Shown here in pieces: positions 1-9,366 of a DNA stretch of 64,000 nt (position 1 is the first letter of the stretch; each line of letters opens with the position of its first letter). The stretch comes from an uncultured delta proteobacterium (GTDB lineage Bacteria > Desulfobacterota > BSN033 > UBA1163), in contig CAVPSJ010000011.1 in assembly GCA_963708295.1 (NCBI GenBank), positions 32,001-96,000 of the forward strand, in the 5' to 3' direction. The position numbers and the translations under genes are program-made. The notes beneath the pieces are model-generated. The model was given only the letters and a program-made list of their open reading frames with translations. It was not told where the DNA came from and did no database searches.

Positions 1-1
1 T

Positions 2-703
2 ACCCAAAAGTCGATCAAGGTGGTTTCCGGAATTGTCAAAGGGTGTATCGAAGCCGACTGTTCTCTCATCGGCGGGGAGACGGCTGAAATGCCAGGGTTT
101 TATAAAAAAGGGGACTACGATTTGGCTGGATTCGCGGTAGGCATTGTCGAGGATTCTCAATTGATCGACGGATCGGGTGTAACCGTCGGAGACAAAATCA
201 TCGGGATTGCCTCCAGCGGGCTGCATAGCAACGGATATTCTTTAGTAAGAAAACTGGTTTTTGATCAGCACAAAATGGAATTGGGGGAGCGTGTGGAAGA
301 GCTTGGAGGAGCCTTAGGCGATGAGCTGCTCCGTCCGACTCGGATTTATGTCAAGACCATTCTCAACATTACACGAGACTTCAATATCGGCGGAATTGCC
401 CATATTACCGGTGGAGGTATTACCGGAAACCTTCCTCGAGTGATTCCGAGGGGCTGCAAAGCGATTGTCCGAAAGGGGACGTGGGAGGTTCCGCCCATCT
501 TTACCTTTCTGAAGGAGAAGGGGAATATCCCTGAGGAAGAGATGTTTCGCACTTTCAATAGCGGGATCGGAATGATCCTTGTCGTCAGGGCCAAGGACGT
601 CCAAGAAATCTCAACCCGGCTTCATTCGTTAGGCGAAAAGGCTTTTATCATCGGCGAGGTGGGAAAGACTGAAAGCGAACAAGTGAAGATCGACCTTGTT
701 TGA
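2..703 (+). CDS. purM: Phosphoribosylformylglycinamidine cyclo-ligase (AIR synthetase), 5'-truncated by window edge
   Basis: Motifs LIGGETAEMPG, YDLAGFAVG, SSGLHSNGYSL, AHITGGG, TFNSGIG; frame is open to the window start. Confidence 0.96.
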   Translation, partial: TQKSIKVVSGIVKGCIEADCSLIGGETAEMPGFYKKGDYDLAGFAVGIVEDSQLIDGSGVTVGDKIIGIASSGLHSNGYSLVRKLVFDQHKMELGERVEELGGALGDELLRPTRIYVKTILNITRDFNIGGIAHITGGGITGNLPRVIPRGCKAIVRKGTWEVPPIFTFLKEKGNIPEEEMFRTFNSGIGMILVVRAKDVQEISTRLHSLGEKAFIIGEVGKTESEQVKIDLV

Positions 704-833
704 CCGTTCATTTCGAAAGAATATCTTCTGCATCTTTTATCGTATTACGCATTCTCATGGTCTTTAGCCCATCGCCCATGCTTCCCCTCAGGTCGAGCGG
801 ATCGGGATCAAGAGGAAAGAGGCTGAAAGTTCG

Positions 834-2309
834 ATGAAGTGGCTTGGAAACGAGCAAGAGGTGATTGTGTTGGGTTCCGGCCTGGGAGGACTGGTCGCCG
901 GAACGCTGTTGTCAAAAAGCAACCACTCCGTCTTGCTGCTGAGGGAAAAAGGGTATCATTCCTCTTGTGCGATAAAGGGATACCATTTTGTCCCTTTTTC
1001 AAGTCTTTCGGAAAAATGTTTGAAGCCTACCCTGATTAGAAAGATTGCCCAAACGCTGGGCATTTCTCTTCTGATGGGGACCCGGGAGGATGGAAGGCAG
1101 CTGAAAGTTGCTTCGGACAAGTCGAAGCACGGCTCCACCCTTCAAGTGCTGCTCCCGAAGGCAAGGATTGACATTTTTCCTGAGCGTTCTCAATCCCGGA
1201 GGGAATGGATAAGAGAGTTTCCAAGCGAAGTGTCCCAGATTGAAGGGTTTTACCATGAGCTCGAACGAATTCAGGATCTCTTTCGAAAAGGGAACGGAAA
1301 GAGGAACCCTTCAGCATTGTCCCTCCCCTTTCGGGAGCGTTCTTTTATCAAAAGGATATGGTCTTCTGATCCTTTTTCAAATGAAAAGATGGACAAAAAG
1401 CTCCTGCCTTTTTCGAAAGAGTTCAGGCAATTCATTCAACTCCAACTGATCTCCTGGGGGAATTTCTATCCAGATCGATTTCCGATCTCTTTGGCAGCTC
1501 ATGTTCTATTCGATGAGACGAACGAATTGAACGTCGATTTGGATCGAGAGAAGTTGGAGATAGAAATCTTGAACCAATTCATACGATCGGGCGGGAGGGT
1601 TGAAGAAATCGACAGTGTGAAAGAAATAAAGCCGTGGCACCGTAAAGGAGTGACCTTGAGTTTCGAAGGAAATCCAGGCGTGTTTCGGTCACCCTATCTC
1701 ATTATCAACGCTCCCCTTCATCGGATCTCATCCTTCTTGGGAAAGAAAGGAAAAGGATTACACAAGTGGGGGAAGAGGATCAAGCCCCTCTACGTGGTCA
1801 CGCCTTTATTCATAGGGATCGATGAAAAAGTCATTCCCGTCGGGATGAAAGACCATCTGATTTCCCTTTTGGATCTTGAAAAGCCCTATGAGGACGGAAA
1901 TCTTCTCTTTCTTTCGATGAGTCCCAAAGGAGACAGGACGAGGGCTCCGGAAGACAGGAGGGCCCTGACCGTCGAGGGCCTCCTCGACGCGGAGAAATGG
2001 GATCCGACCCGTCTGGTGCATTATCAACAAAACGTCATGAAACATTTGTGTCATCTCTTCCCTTTTCTTGAGAGTTACGTCGAATTTGTTGATCTCCAAT
2101 GGGTCAGTGATCAGTTTTCCAAGTGGTCCTATTCGCACTTTCTTTACGGTTCAGCTTCGGATTTTTATTGGAGGGAAGGAGTGGTTCCTATGAGAATATC
2201 GGGGAACACTTACTTTATCGGAAAGGAGAATTTCCCCTATTGGGGTCTGACAGGAGAGGTCTTTAGCGGATTAACCGTGGCGCGACACATTTTGAAAAAA
2301 TATTCGTAA
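834..2309 (+). CDS. FAD/NAD(P)-dependent oxidoreductase, phytoene desaturase-like
   Basis: N-terminal Rossmann motif VIVLGSGLGGL; C-terminal YFIGKENFPYWGLTGE resembles the FAD-binding end of this family; 491 aa. Confidence 0.65.
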   Translation: MKWLGNEQEVIVLGSGLGGLVAGTLLSKSNHSVLLLREKGYHSSCAIKGYHFVPFSSLSEKCLKPTLIRKIAQTLGISLLMGTREDGRQLKVASDKSKHGSTLQVLLPKARIDIFPERSQSRREWIREFPSEVSQIEGFYHELERIQDLFRKGNGKRNPSALSLPFRERSFIKRIWSSDPFSNEKMDKKLLPFSKEFRQFIQLQLISWGNFYPDRFPISLAAHVLFDETNELNVDLDREKLEIEILNQFIRSGGRVEEIDSVKEIKPWHRKGVTLSFEGNPGVFRSPYLIINAPLHRISSFLGKKGKGLHKWGKRIKPLYVVTPLFIGIDEKVIPVGMKDHLISLLDLEKPYEDGNLLFLSMSPKGDRTRAPEDRRALTVEGLLDAEKWDPTRLVHYQQNVMKHLCHLFPFLESYVEFVDLQWVSDQFSKWSYSHFLYGSASDFYWREGVVPMRISGNTYFIGKENFPYWGLTGEVFSGLTVARHILKKYS

Positions 2310-2403
2310 ACCTCATCTCCCGGACGCCGATCGTTCTGCCAAAATCGCTGACATCCCTTATTCCACTTTTCCCGCATTCCGAGTTCGGCAACTTGAATTC
2401 ATA

Positions 2404-2922
2404 TCAATCATCCCAGCGGATCTGTTTCCTCTTTGTCAGAGGGAGCTTGAACTTCTCCTTCAACCGCCTGACGACAAGATCTGGAACCAATCCTTCAACG
2501 CCTCCCCCTAATCGGGCGACTTCTTTGATCGTTCTGGAAGAGACAAAAAAATAGTCTTTACTCGTCATCATGAAGAGGGTATCCAGATGGGTGTCGAGGC
2601 TTCGATTCATGGAGGCCATGTGAAATTCATATTCGAAGTCGGAGGTCGCCCGGAGGCCTCTTAAAGTCACGATGGCGTTCGTCTTCGCGACGTAATCCAC
2701 AAGAAGTCCTTTGAAGCTATCGACGACGACCTTGGGGGTGTCTTTAAAAAACGTTTTCACCATTTGAAGACGTTCTTCAACCGAGAAGAGAGGCCGTTTT
2801 TCTTCATTCACGGCGATGGCGACGATAACCTTGTCAAAGATCTCAAGAGCCCTTTCAACGATATCGATATGACCGTACGTAATGGGGTCAAAAGAACCTG
2901 GATAGATGGCTACTTTTCCCAT
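2404..2922 (-). CDS. coaD: Phosphopantetheine adenylyltransferase
   Basis: IYPGSFDPITYGHIDI, RGLRATSDFEYE, VSSRTIKE; start placed at ATG 2922 after a GAGG RBS. Confidence 0.96.
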   Translation of the reverse strand: MGKVAIYPGSFDPITYGHIDIVERALEIFDKVIVAIAVNEEKRPLFSVEERLQMVKTFFKDTPKVVVDSFKGLLVDYVAKTNAIVTLRGLRATSDFEYEFHMASMNRSLDTHLDTLFMMTSKDYFFVSSRTIKEVARLGGGVEGLVPDLVVRRLKEKFKLPLTKRKQIRWDD

Positions 2923-2973
2923 ATTCTTATCCTCTCTTTTCTCGTTTTTCTTCATTCGAGTGCTCCTTTTTTT

Positions 2974-3582
2974 CTATTCCCCTCCAGCATCCTGGGAAAG
3001 TGCGTTCGGGGCCTCGGTGGGAGCCTTCCCTCCTCGAGGGGTTAAGATTGAAATGACTGTTTCCCCTATCTGCCGCTGTCGAATCAGATTCCAGCCCTTG
3101 ATGGCGGAGGAAAGGGGTTCTCGCCGGTGATGTTCGACGACCAGAACAGAGTCCTTGTGAAAAATCGGATGGGAGCTCAGCTTCATGAAGGTCCTTTCGA
3201 TCAAGCCCTGTTCGTAAGGAGGATCCATGAAGATGAGGTCAAAGGTTTTCCCTCTTTGTTTTAGAATTCCGATCGCTCGATTTGCATCTGTGGGAAGGAC
3301 TTCAGACCGTTCCCCCATTCCGAATTGTGCAAGATTTCTCTGAATGAGCCTGAGGGCTTGTTTTCCCTTTTCAACAAAGATCACTTCCTTCGCGCCCCGA
3401 CTCAGGGCCTCAATCCCCAAATTCCCCGTCCCGGCAAAGAGATCCAGAACCGCCCCCGCCTCGATCTGACCCCTCAGGATATTGAAGATAGATTCCTTGA
3501 CCCGGTCGGAGGTGGGGCGAAGAGAGAGATCCTTCGGGGTCGCTAATTTCCGTCCTTTTGAGGCTCCGCTGATGATGCGCAT
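2974..3582 (-). CDS. rsmD: 16S rRNA m2G966 methyltransferase
   Basis: MRIISG..KGRKL, LRPTSDRVKE, VLDLFAGTGNLGIEALSRGA, DPPY; next to coaD. Confidence 0.95.
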   Translation of the reverse strand: MRIISGASKGRKLATPKDLSLRPTSDRVKESIFNILRGQIEAGAVLDLFAGTGNLGIEALSRGAKEVIFVEKGKQALRLIQRNLAQFGMGERSEVLPTDANRAIGILKQRGKTFDLIFMDPPYEQGLIERTFMKLSSHPIFHKDSVLVVEHHRREPLSSAIKGWNLIRQRQIGETVISILTPRGGKAPTEAPNALSQDAGGE

Positions 3583-3611
3583 TGCAGCCCAGCTAAATCC
3601 GAATTTCGAAT

Positions 3612-3712
3612 ATGTAGCTCCCCGCCCATCGGGCGGGGGCTTCGCGGCCAAGTAGAGTCACGCCTACTGCGCCCCTTTCTCCCGCCTATCCCGTTTTGGC
3701 GGGGCGCGGCAG
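3612..3712 (-). repeat. IS200/IS605-end-like hairpin repeat, copy 1
   Basis: Reverse complement contains gccgcgccccgccaaaacgggatagg...gaagcccccgcccgatgggcggggagctac, matching 32172-32300. Confidence 0.6.
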
Positions 3713-3832
3713 ATTTCAATCGGAATCTGAAACACAAAACGTGCTAAATCCTAAACCCGAAACAACCTCAAATGCCCAAAGCACAAACCCAAAACCGCAT
3801 GATCTTTTGACTCTTAATTCTTGGATTTACCC

Positions 3833-3930
3833 GCCCTGTTCAGCAAAGGATGAGTTGTATCCGGTTTGATTTTCATGACTCTTCGGGAAGAGCGAGGTCA
3901 TGAATTTTATACCGAGTTACTGAACAGAGT
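3833..3930. mobile_element. MITE-like element of about 100 bp with terminal inverted repeats
   Basis: gccctgttcagcaa ... ttactgaacagagt inverted ends with an internal ttcatgac...gtcatgaa stem. Confidence 0.4.
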
Positions 3931-4022
3931 GATGATTTAAAGTTTCGTGTTTAGAATTTCGAATTTCGTGCTTCGTCCATAAACCTTAGCGTCACCCTCA
4001 TTCTAACAACAAATCTTAAGCG

Positions 4023-4484
4023 CTAGGTGTGCCCAAATAGCTGTTCGATCTTTTTTTTCATGTGGTCCTGATGTGACCCCTGCCAATATATCCTCGAACA
4101 CTGTGGGCATCGAAAAAATTCCTTTTGTTGATAGAGGATGAAATCAGGGACCTCCCCCTCTGCTTCCTCTCGTGAAATTTCATGAATGAGCATATTACAC
4201 TGGAGGCACCGGGAAAAAAGGGTCTCTTCGTGTAAGTGGATAGCTCCTGCCCGAATGAGTTCTCCCAGCTGGGAGGAAGGCTTGTCCTCCATGATTCTGA
4301 TGATGCGATCTTCAGGCCTTCTGGGAGTGAGTTTGGCGCTTCGGGTCAAAATCACCCGACCTTCCTCTCGAGCCCGTTTGATCAGTGAGTAACCATTTTC
4401 TCCCCTGGAGTAGACGGTATCATACCCCAGCATTCTTAATTCCTTAGCCAACTTCCCAAGCATTCGGTCTGTGATAAACTTCAT
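4023..4484 (-). CDS. Mut7-C RNase domain protein (PIN-like fold plus Zn ribbon)
   Basis: MKFITDRMLGKLAKELRMLGYDT, RVILTR, FSRCLQCN, CPQCSRIYWQGSH. Confidence 0.9.
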   Translation of the reverse strand: MKFITDRMLGKLAKELRMLGYDTVYSRGENGYSLIKRAREEGRVILTRSAKLTPRRPEDRIIRIMEDKPSSQLGELIRAGAIHLHEETLFSRCLQCNMLIHEISREEAEGEVPDFILYQQKEFFRCPQCSRIYWQGSHQDHMKKKIEQLFGHT

Positions 4485-4569
4485 TGCCTGAAACGCATGA
4501 TTCCTGCCTTGAAGGAGAACCTTAAGAACAGGCGCGGCTAGGCCGACTCCAGAGGGCAGTCGTGATGCC

Positions 4570-5439
4570 TCATTTGATATATTTCCCGATGATGGGTTCT
4601 AGATCTTTCTTCGTTTTCTCGGGGATAAACTTCTTGCCCGTGATCAGGCCATATTTCAAAGCATTGGCACAGAGGCATTCTCTTTTTTCAGGAAGATGTT
4701 TGATCGCGTGCCGAATTGCATCTTTTGCAGTTTTTGTGCTCTGGGCGAGGATTCTCAGGACCTCGCCGATAGAAACATCCTCTGCAGACTCGTGCCAGCA
4801 ATCGTAGTCGGTGGCGAAGGCGATCGTGGAATAGCAGATTTCAGCCTCCCGAGCCAGTCTCGCCTCGGGGAGGTTGGTCATCCCGATGATGTCTACGCCC
4901 CATGTCCGGTAAAGTCTCGACTCAGCGCGTGTTGAAAACTGAGGTCCTTCAATGCAGATGTAAGTTCCATCCTTATGAACCGTGGCACCGACTTCTTTTC
5001 CGGCCTCGCAAAGAACCCGGCTGAGAATGGGACAGACCGGATCCGCAAAGCTGACATGACCTACGATCCCATCGTTGAAGAAAGTGCTCGGGCGCCCCTT
5101 CGTCTGATCAATGAACTGGCTCGGGATCACCATATCCCCGGGATGGATCGATTCTTTCATCGAACCTACTGCGCTGACTCCGATGATCCATTGAGCCCCC
5201 AACTTCTTCATCCCGTAGATGTTCGCCCGGAAGTTTAGCGAAGACGGCTGAATTCGGTGGCCCTTTCCATGACGGGGCAAAAAAGCAACCTTTACCCCAT
5301 CGAGGCGCCCTACGATGAACGCATCTGAAGGACTGCCAAAAGGCGTCTTCAGCGTAATGTTTTGAACCTCTTCAAGGCCCTCCATTTCATAGAGTCCCGA
5401 CCCACCGATCACCCCCACGACATTCTCCGACATTCTCAT
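4570..5439 (-). CDS. mtnP: S-methyl-5'-thioadenosine phosphorylase
   Basis: GVIGGSGLY, TPFGSPSD, FLPRHG, EGPQFSTRAES, TDYDCWH. Confidence 0.93.
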   Translation of the reverse strand: MRMSENVVGVIGGSGLYEMEGLEEVQNITLKTPFGSPSDAFIVGRLDGVKVAFLPRHGKGHRIQPSSLNFRANIYGMKKLGAQWIIGVSAVGSMKESIHPGDMVIPSQFIDQTKGRPSTFFNDGIVGHVSFADPVCPILSRVLCEAGKEVGATVHKDGTYICIEGPQFSTRAESRLYRTWGVDIIGMTNLPEARLAREAEICYSTIAFATDYDCWHESAEDVSIGEVLRILAQSTKTAKDAIRHAIKHLPEKRECLCANALKYGLITGKKFIPEKTKKDLEPIIGKYIK

Positions 5440-5488
5440 CCTCCTTCTTTCAAAGTAGGGTTCATGTTAACTCCGCCACGATAAAAAA

Positions 5489-6595
5489 TCAATCATTGCA
5501 GCTTGCGTTTGAACTCGCATCGTAGCCGGCCTCAATCCGTTCCGCGCCGCCCTCCGAACGTTTCCCGCGGAGTTGGCCGCAGGCAGCTGAAATCTCTCCC
5601 CCCTTGCTGTTTCGGACAATGGCGGTAAGGCCTCCTTCCATCAGGATTTCCTGAAATCGTCTGACCCTTTCCTCCGAAGGTTTCTTAAAAGGGATCTCAG
5701 GGGCTTCGTTGAGAGGGATGAGATTGACCTTGGATGGAATCCCTGCCAATATTCGTAGCAATCTCCTGGCGTGAGAGGAAGAATCATTCACTCCTTCCAA
5801 CAGGACATATTCAAAGGTAATTCGGATTCTTCGCTGAAGGGGAAATTTCCTGCATAAGGCCAAGAGCTTGTGTAATGGGTAACGACGATTGATGGGCATA
5901 AGATAAGTTCGAGTCTCTTCATCTGGGGCATTCAGCGAGATGGCCAGGCGAAACGGAGTCCTTTCTTTGGAAAGCGCTTCCAGTTCAGGGAGGAGACCCA
6001 CGGTCGAAAGGGTGATCCTTCTTGAAGAAAATTTGAGAGCATCCGGATGAGCCATCAGCGCCGTTGCCTTCAGGGTGTTCGTGTAATTCGCAAGAGGCTC
6101 TCCCATTCCCATCAAGACGATGTTGGTGATGGCCTTTTCTCCCTGAAGCATTTTTCTGACGGCCAGAATTTGATTGAGGATCTCTGACGCCTTGAGATCT
6201 CGTTTCCATCCTGCTTTTCCAGTCAGGCAAAATCGGCACCCCAGGGCGCATCCCACTTGTGTGGAAACGCAGAGGGTCAGACGCGCCTTGTCGGGGATCA
6301 AGACGCTTTCAATTCGGTTTCCATCTTCAAGCTGAAATAAGAATTTTTTTGTTCCATCCGTTGACCGTTCGATGCAAAGGGGGCGAAGGATGGAGATAAA
6401 GCTAACCTGGCTGATCTCCTGGCGGAGTTTTTTTGAGAGATTGCTCATCTCATCGAAGGATTCGGCCCCTTGCTGGTACAACCATCTCAGGATTTGGACG
6501 CTTCGATAGCGTTCTTTTCCGAAGGACCCGAGGAACTCAAGGAGTTCAGAAGGGCTCAAGTTCTTGAGATCAACCTTTTGTGTAAGGCTTTTCAA
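5489..6595 (-). CDS. rlmN: Dual-specificity rRNA/tRNA m2A methyltransferase (radical SAM)
   Basis: CVSTQVGCALGCRFC, MGMGEPL, AACGQL. Confidence 0.95.
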   Translation of the reverse strand: MKSLTQKVDLKNLSPSELLEFLGSFGKERYRSVQILRWLYQQGAESFDEMSNLSKKLRQEISQVSFISILRPLCIERSTDGTKKFLFQLEDGNRIESVLIPDKARLTLCVSTQVGCALGCRFCLTGKAGWKRDLKASEILNQILAVRKMLQGEKAITNIVLMGMGEPLANYTNTLKATALMAHPDALKFSSRRITLSTVGLLPELEALSKERTPFRLAISLNAPDEETRTYLMPINRRYPLHKLLALCRKFPLQRRIRITFEYVLLEGVNDSSSHARRLLRILAGIPSKVNLIPLNEAPEIPFKKPSEERVRRFQEILMEGGLTAIVRNSKGGEISAACGQLRGKRSEGGAERIEAGYDASSNASCND

Positions 6596-7011
6596 TATCC
6601 GGTTAACTCCAGGCCGTTGAAGAAGTAATGGATTTCGAAGGCGGCGGTTTCGGGTGCATCAGACCCGTGGACAACGTTCTTTTCGATATTGGTGGCATGC
6701 TGTTGCCGCAAGGTCCCTTCCTTGGCCTTTTTAGGGTCGGTCGCTCCCATCAATTCCCGTATCTTCGAAATTGCCCCTTCTCCTTCAAGGACCATGACGA
6801 CCGAAGGGCCAGAAGACATGAAGGTGGTCAGGCTTTCGAAGAAAGGTTTGCCCCGATGGACAGCATAAAATCCTTCTGCTTCCTTCTTATTCATTGAGAT
6901 CATCTTCAGGCCAACGACCTTCAGGCCGGAGCCCTCGAAGCGTTTAATGACTTCACCAATCAGATGTTTTTGAACTCCATCCGGCTTCACGATAGACAAT
7001 GTCCTTTCCAT
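6592..7011 (-). CDS. ndk: Nucleoside diphosphate kinase
   Basis: MERTLSIVKPDGV, NVVHGSD; GAGG RBS before ATG 7011. Confidence 0.97.
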   Translation of the reverse strand: MERTLSIVKPDGVQKHLIGEVIKRFEGSGLKVVGLKMISMNKKEAEGFYAVHRGKPFFESLTTFMSSGPSVVMVLEGEGAISKIRELMGATDPKKAKEGTLRQQHATNIEKNVVHGSDAPETAAFEIHYFFNGLELTGY

Positions 7012-7145
7012 GCGGTCCTCCTTTAAAATTAAATTATAAGCGTTTAATCTATCTTTCACAATTCCTAATTGTCAAGTGAAACTCGCGCTGCACAGGGGCT
7101 TATCGGCCGCGTGTGATCATTCGTAAAGCGCCGTTGGCGAATGGA

Positions 7146-7175
7146 TTGACAAGGATGGTCTGTTTATCCTATTCT
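7146..7175 (+). promoter_or_regulatory. Putative sigma70 promoter of trxB
   Basis: TTGACA-N18-TATTCT upstream of an AGGAGG RBS. Confidence 0.5.
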
Positions 7176-7204
7176 GAAACCGGCTTATGTCCAAGGAGGA
7201 ATAA

Positions 7205-8146
7205 ATGGAAGGGGCGAAGAAGAAGGTTTATGAGGTCATCATCATCGGAGGGGGACCCGGGGGATTAACCGCAGGACTTTACACATCCAGGGCCAGGCTC
7301 GGCACCCTTCTGATTGAAAAGGGGCTCTTCGGGGGGCAGATGCCCACGACTGAACTGATCGAGAACTATCCGGGGTTTCCGCAGGGGGTTAACGGTGATG
7401 AGTTGAGTCGTCTTATGGAGGAACAGGCGAAAAAGTTTGGGCTGGAGACGGTCGCAGATGAGGTTGTAAAGGTGAGCCTGGAGGGGAACATGAAGGTAAT
7501 CCAGACTTACGAGTCCACCTACCGGTGCGGGGCTCTTATCATCAGTACAGGAGCAGAATATCGAAAATTAGGAGTCCCTGGAGAGAAAGAATTTGCCGGG
7601 AAGGGAGTCTCGTATTGTGCCACATGCGATGGAGCCTTCTTCAGGGATGGTCGGATCGTCGTTGTAGGGGGAGGGGACTCTGCCCTTACCGAAGCTCTAT
7701 TCCTCACAAAGTTTGCCAGGGAGTTGACCATCATCCATCGAAGAGATGCCCTTCGAGGGACAAAGATCTATCAGGAAAGAGTCTTGGCTCACCCGAAGAT
7801 CAAATTTCTCTGGAATTCGGTTATCCAGGAGATCAGAGGCGATTCGATGGTACGTTCGATTATCGTAAAGGATGTAAAAACGGAAGAAATCAAGGAGGTT
7901 GAAACTGAAGGTGCTTTCGTTTTCGTAGGCATGGAACCGAGAACTCGATTTTTGACAGGGATCATTGAGATGGACGGGGGAGGATGTATCTTAACGAATG
8001 AAGACTGTGAAACCTCGGCAAGAGGGATTTTTGCTGTGGGGGATTGCAGGAAGAAGCTATCGCGTCAGATTGCGACTGCAGTGGGAGATGGGGCAACGGC
8101 GGCATTTGCTGCGGAGAAGTTCCTGGAGTTAAAAGACCCATTTTGA
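7205..8146 (+). CDS. trxB: Thioredoxin-disulfide reductase
   Basis: IIGGGPGGL, GVSYCATCDG, VGGGDSA, IHRRD. Confidence 0.96.
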   Translation: MEGAKKKVYEVIIIGGGPGGLTAGLYTSRARLGTLLIEKGLFGGQMPTTELIENYPGFPQGVNGDELSRLMEEQAKKFGLETVADEVVKVSLEGNMKVIQTYESTYRCGALIISTGAEYRKLGVPGEKEFAGKGVSYCATCDGAFFRDGRIVVVGGGDSALTEALFLTKFARELTIIHRRDALRGTKIYQERVLAHPKIKFLWNSVIQEIRGDSMVRSIIVKDVKTEEIKEVETEGAFVFVGMEPRTRFLTGIIEMDGGGCILTNEDCETSARGIFAVGDCRKKLSRQIATAVGDGATAAFAAEKFLELKDPF

Positions 8147-8426
8147 AACCCGTGGGCCCAAGACCAAAACCCTCGGTCCGTAATTGTATAGACCATGAGA
8201 TGAATATTCTTCTCTCTGCTCTTTGGAGAGATGCCATTCAGCACGATTTACACAGCGGTTTAGATCCGAGCATCCCTTCATTGCCCCTGAATGGATTTCT
8301 CGTTAGCGCTCCGAGCATCCCTTTTCTTGCCCCCTCTTAACAAAAAAGGACAATTTGTTCCTTTTTTAAAAATCAAATATTTAAATAACTTCTTATAAAT
8401 CAAAGACTTAGATTACTTAACTATTT

Positions 8427-8443
8427 TTGGCACCGAAAATGCA
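8427..8443 (+). promoter_or_regulatory. Sigma54 (-24/-12) promoter
   Basis: TTGGCAC-CGAAA-ATGCA with GG-N10-GC spacing; IHF-like AATCAA-N4-TTA sites at about 8371 and 8398. Confidence 0.7.
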
Positions 8444-8530
8444 AGGTCTACATCCATGGTATGCTGCCGCTCGCAACAGAAGACTTTCCCGGAAGTCTCT
8501 GATTCTTAATATTTAAGGGAGGTGTTTTGA

Positions 8531-8785
8531 ATGGGAGTCGCCAGACTCTGTAGGTTTTATCGTGACTTTTGCAAATTGTATGTGGACTCTGGATCTTCTG
8601 AGATGGACAAAGAAACCGGTCATTGCGACCTCGATTGTGACCAGACGACTTGCAATGGAGGTTTAGATTCCTGCCAAAAATCTGACATCTTAAAAAGGTA
8701 CTACTTTGAACAGATAAAAAGAGAAGGTGGATTGGAATGGGAGCGGAGAAGAAATGTCTTTTTCTTTGAAAACCCAAAGTCCTGA
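8531..8785 (+). CDS. Small cysteine-rich hypothetical protein (84 aa)
   Basis: GGGAGGT RBS, ATG start, downstream of a sigma54 promoter; six Cys residues. Confidence 0.6.
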   Translation: MGVARLCRFYRDFCKLYVDSGSSEMDKETGHCDLDCDQTTCNGGLDSCQKSDILKRYYFEQIKREGGLEWERRRNVFFFENPKS

Positions 8786-9138
8786 AGATGCCCGCCCAAT
8801 CGACTCCCGTATGATCGACTCCAGCACGTCTTATTGAGGTTTTAGGTCGTTCCATTTTTGACGCCTTAATGACGATCTATCAGGAAAATAAGATGAATTG
8901 CATAAGGAAAAATTCTTGCCCTCCGTGTAAGTAGTTTCTTTCCGTTATCCAGCTCGCAGCAGGCCAAGACAAAACGAGTAAAAACACCATCTTATGAATC
9001 GCCTCCCGTGTCTTTTAAGATTGTAAAAGTCAATGAAATCAATAATTTTGTTTGTTAGGCGAGAGCAGCATATGTTATTATGTAAAAAGAGTGCCAAATG
9101 AACACAAACAAAAATTGGACGGAGGAGGTGAAGACGAA

Positions 9139-9357
9139 ATGAGAGAGAATGTGGAGAAGGCATTGGACAAGATTCGGCCTGCCCTTCGAGCGGATGGAGG
9201 GGATATTGAACTCATTGACGTGGTGGATGGAGTGGTCAAGGTCAGATTGACGGGTGCTTGCGGTGGCTGTCCTATGTCGCAGATGACTCTGAAAATGGGG
9301 GTCGAGAAAGTACTGAAGCAACAAGTTCCAGAGGTAAAAAGCGTGGAGACTGTTTGA
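9139..9357 (+). CDS. NifU C-terminal/NfuA-like Fe-S scaffold protein
   Basis: IRPALRADGGDIEL..VKVRLTGACGGCPMSQMTLKMGVE; GGAGGTGA RBS. Confidence 0.92.
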   Translation: MRENVEKALDKIRPALRADGGDIELIDVVDGVVKVRLTGACGGCPMSQMTLKMGVEKVLKQQVPEVKSVETV

Positions 9358-9366
9358 ATAAGATGG

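Larger units (their letters stand above)
3593..3976. repeat. Composite palindromic heptamer-repeat element with nested insertions
   Basis: Left arm aaatccgaatttcgaatat...aaacccgaaacaa; right arm ttagaatttcgaatttcgtgcttcg, shared with the copies at 28.7 kb and 30.9 kb. Confidence 0.65.

Noticed and set aside
8265-8334. Direct repeat of about 24 bp with a 21-bp spacer as a mini-CRISPR
   Set aside because: Only two imperfect copies, no cas genes, and the spacer is short; a regulator binding site is more likely.
8783-8860. Selenocysteine read-through of the TGA ending the Cys-rich ORF
   Set aside because: The TGA is not in a redox motif context and I see no convincing SECIS hairpin after it.
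8960-9100. NrdR boxes upstream of nifU-like/nrdJ
   Set aside because: Only weak partial matches to the acaCwAtATaTwGtg consensus; no tandem pair found.
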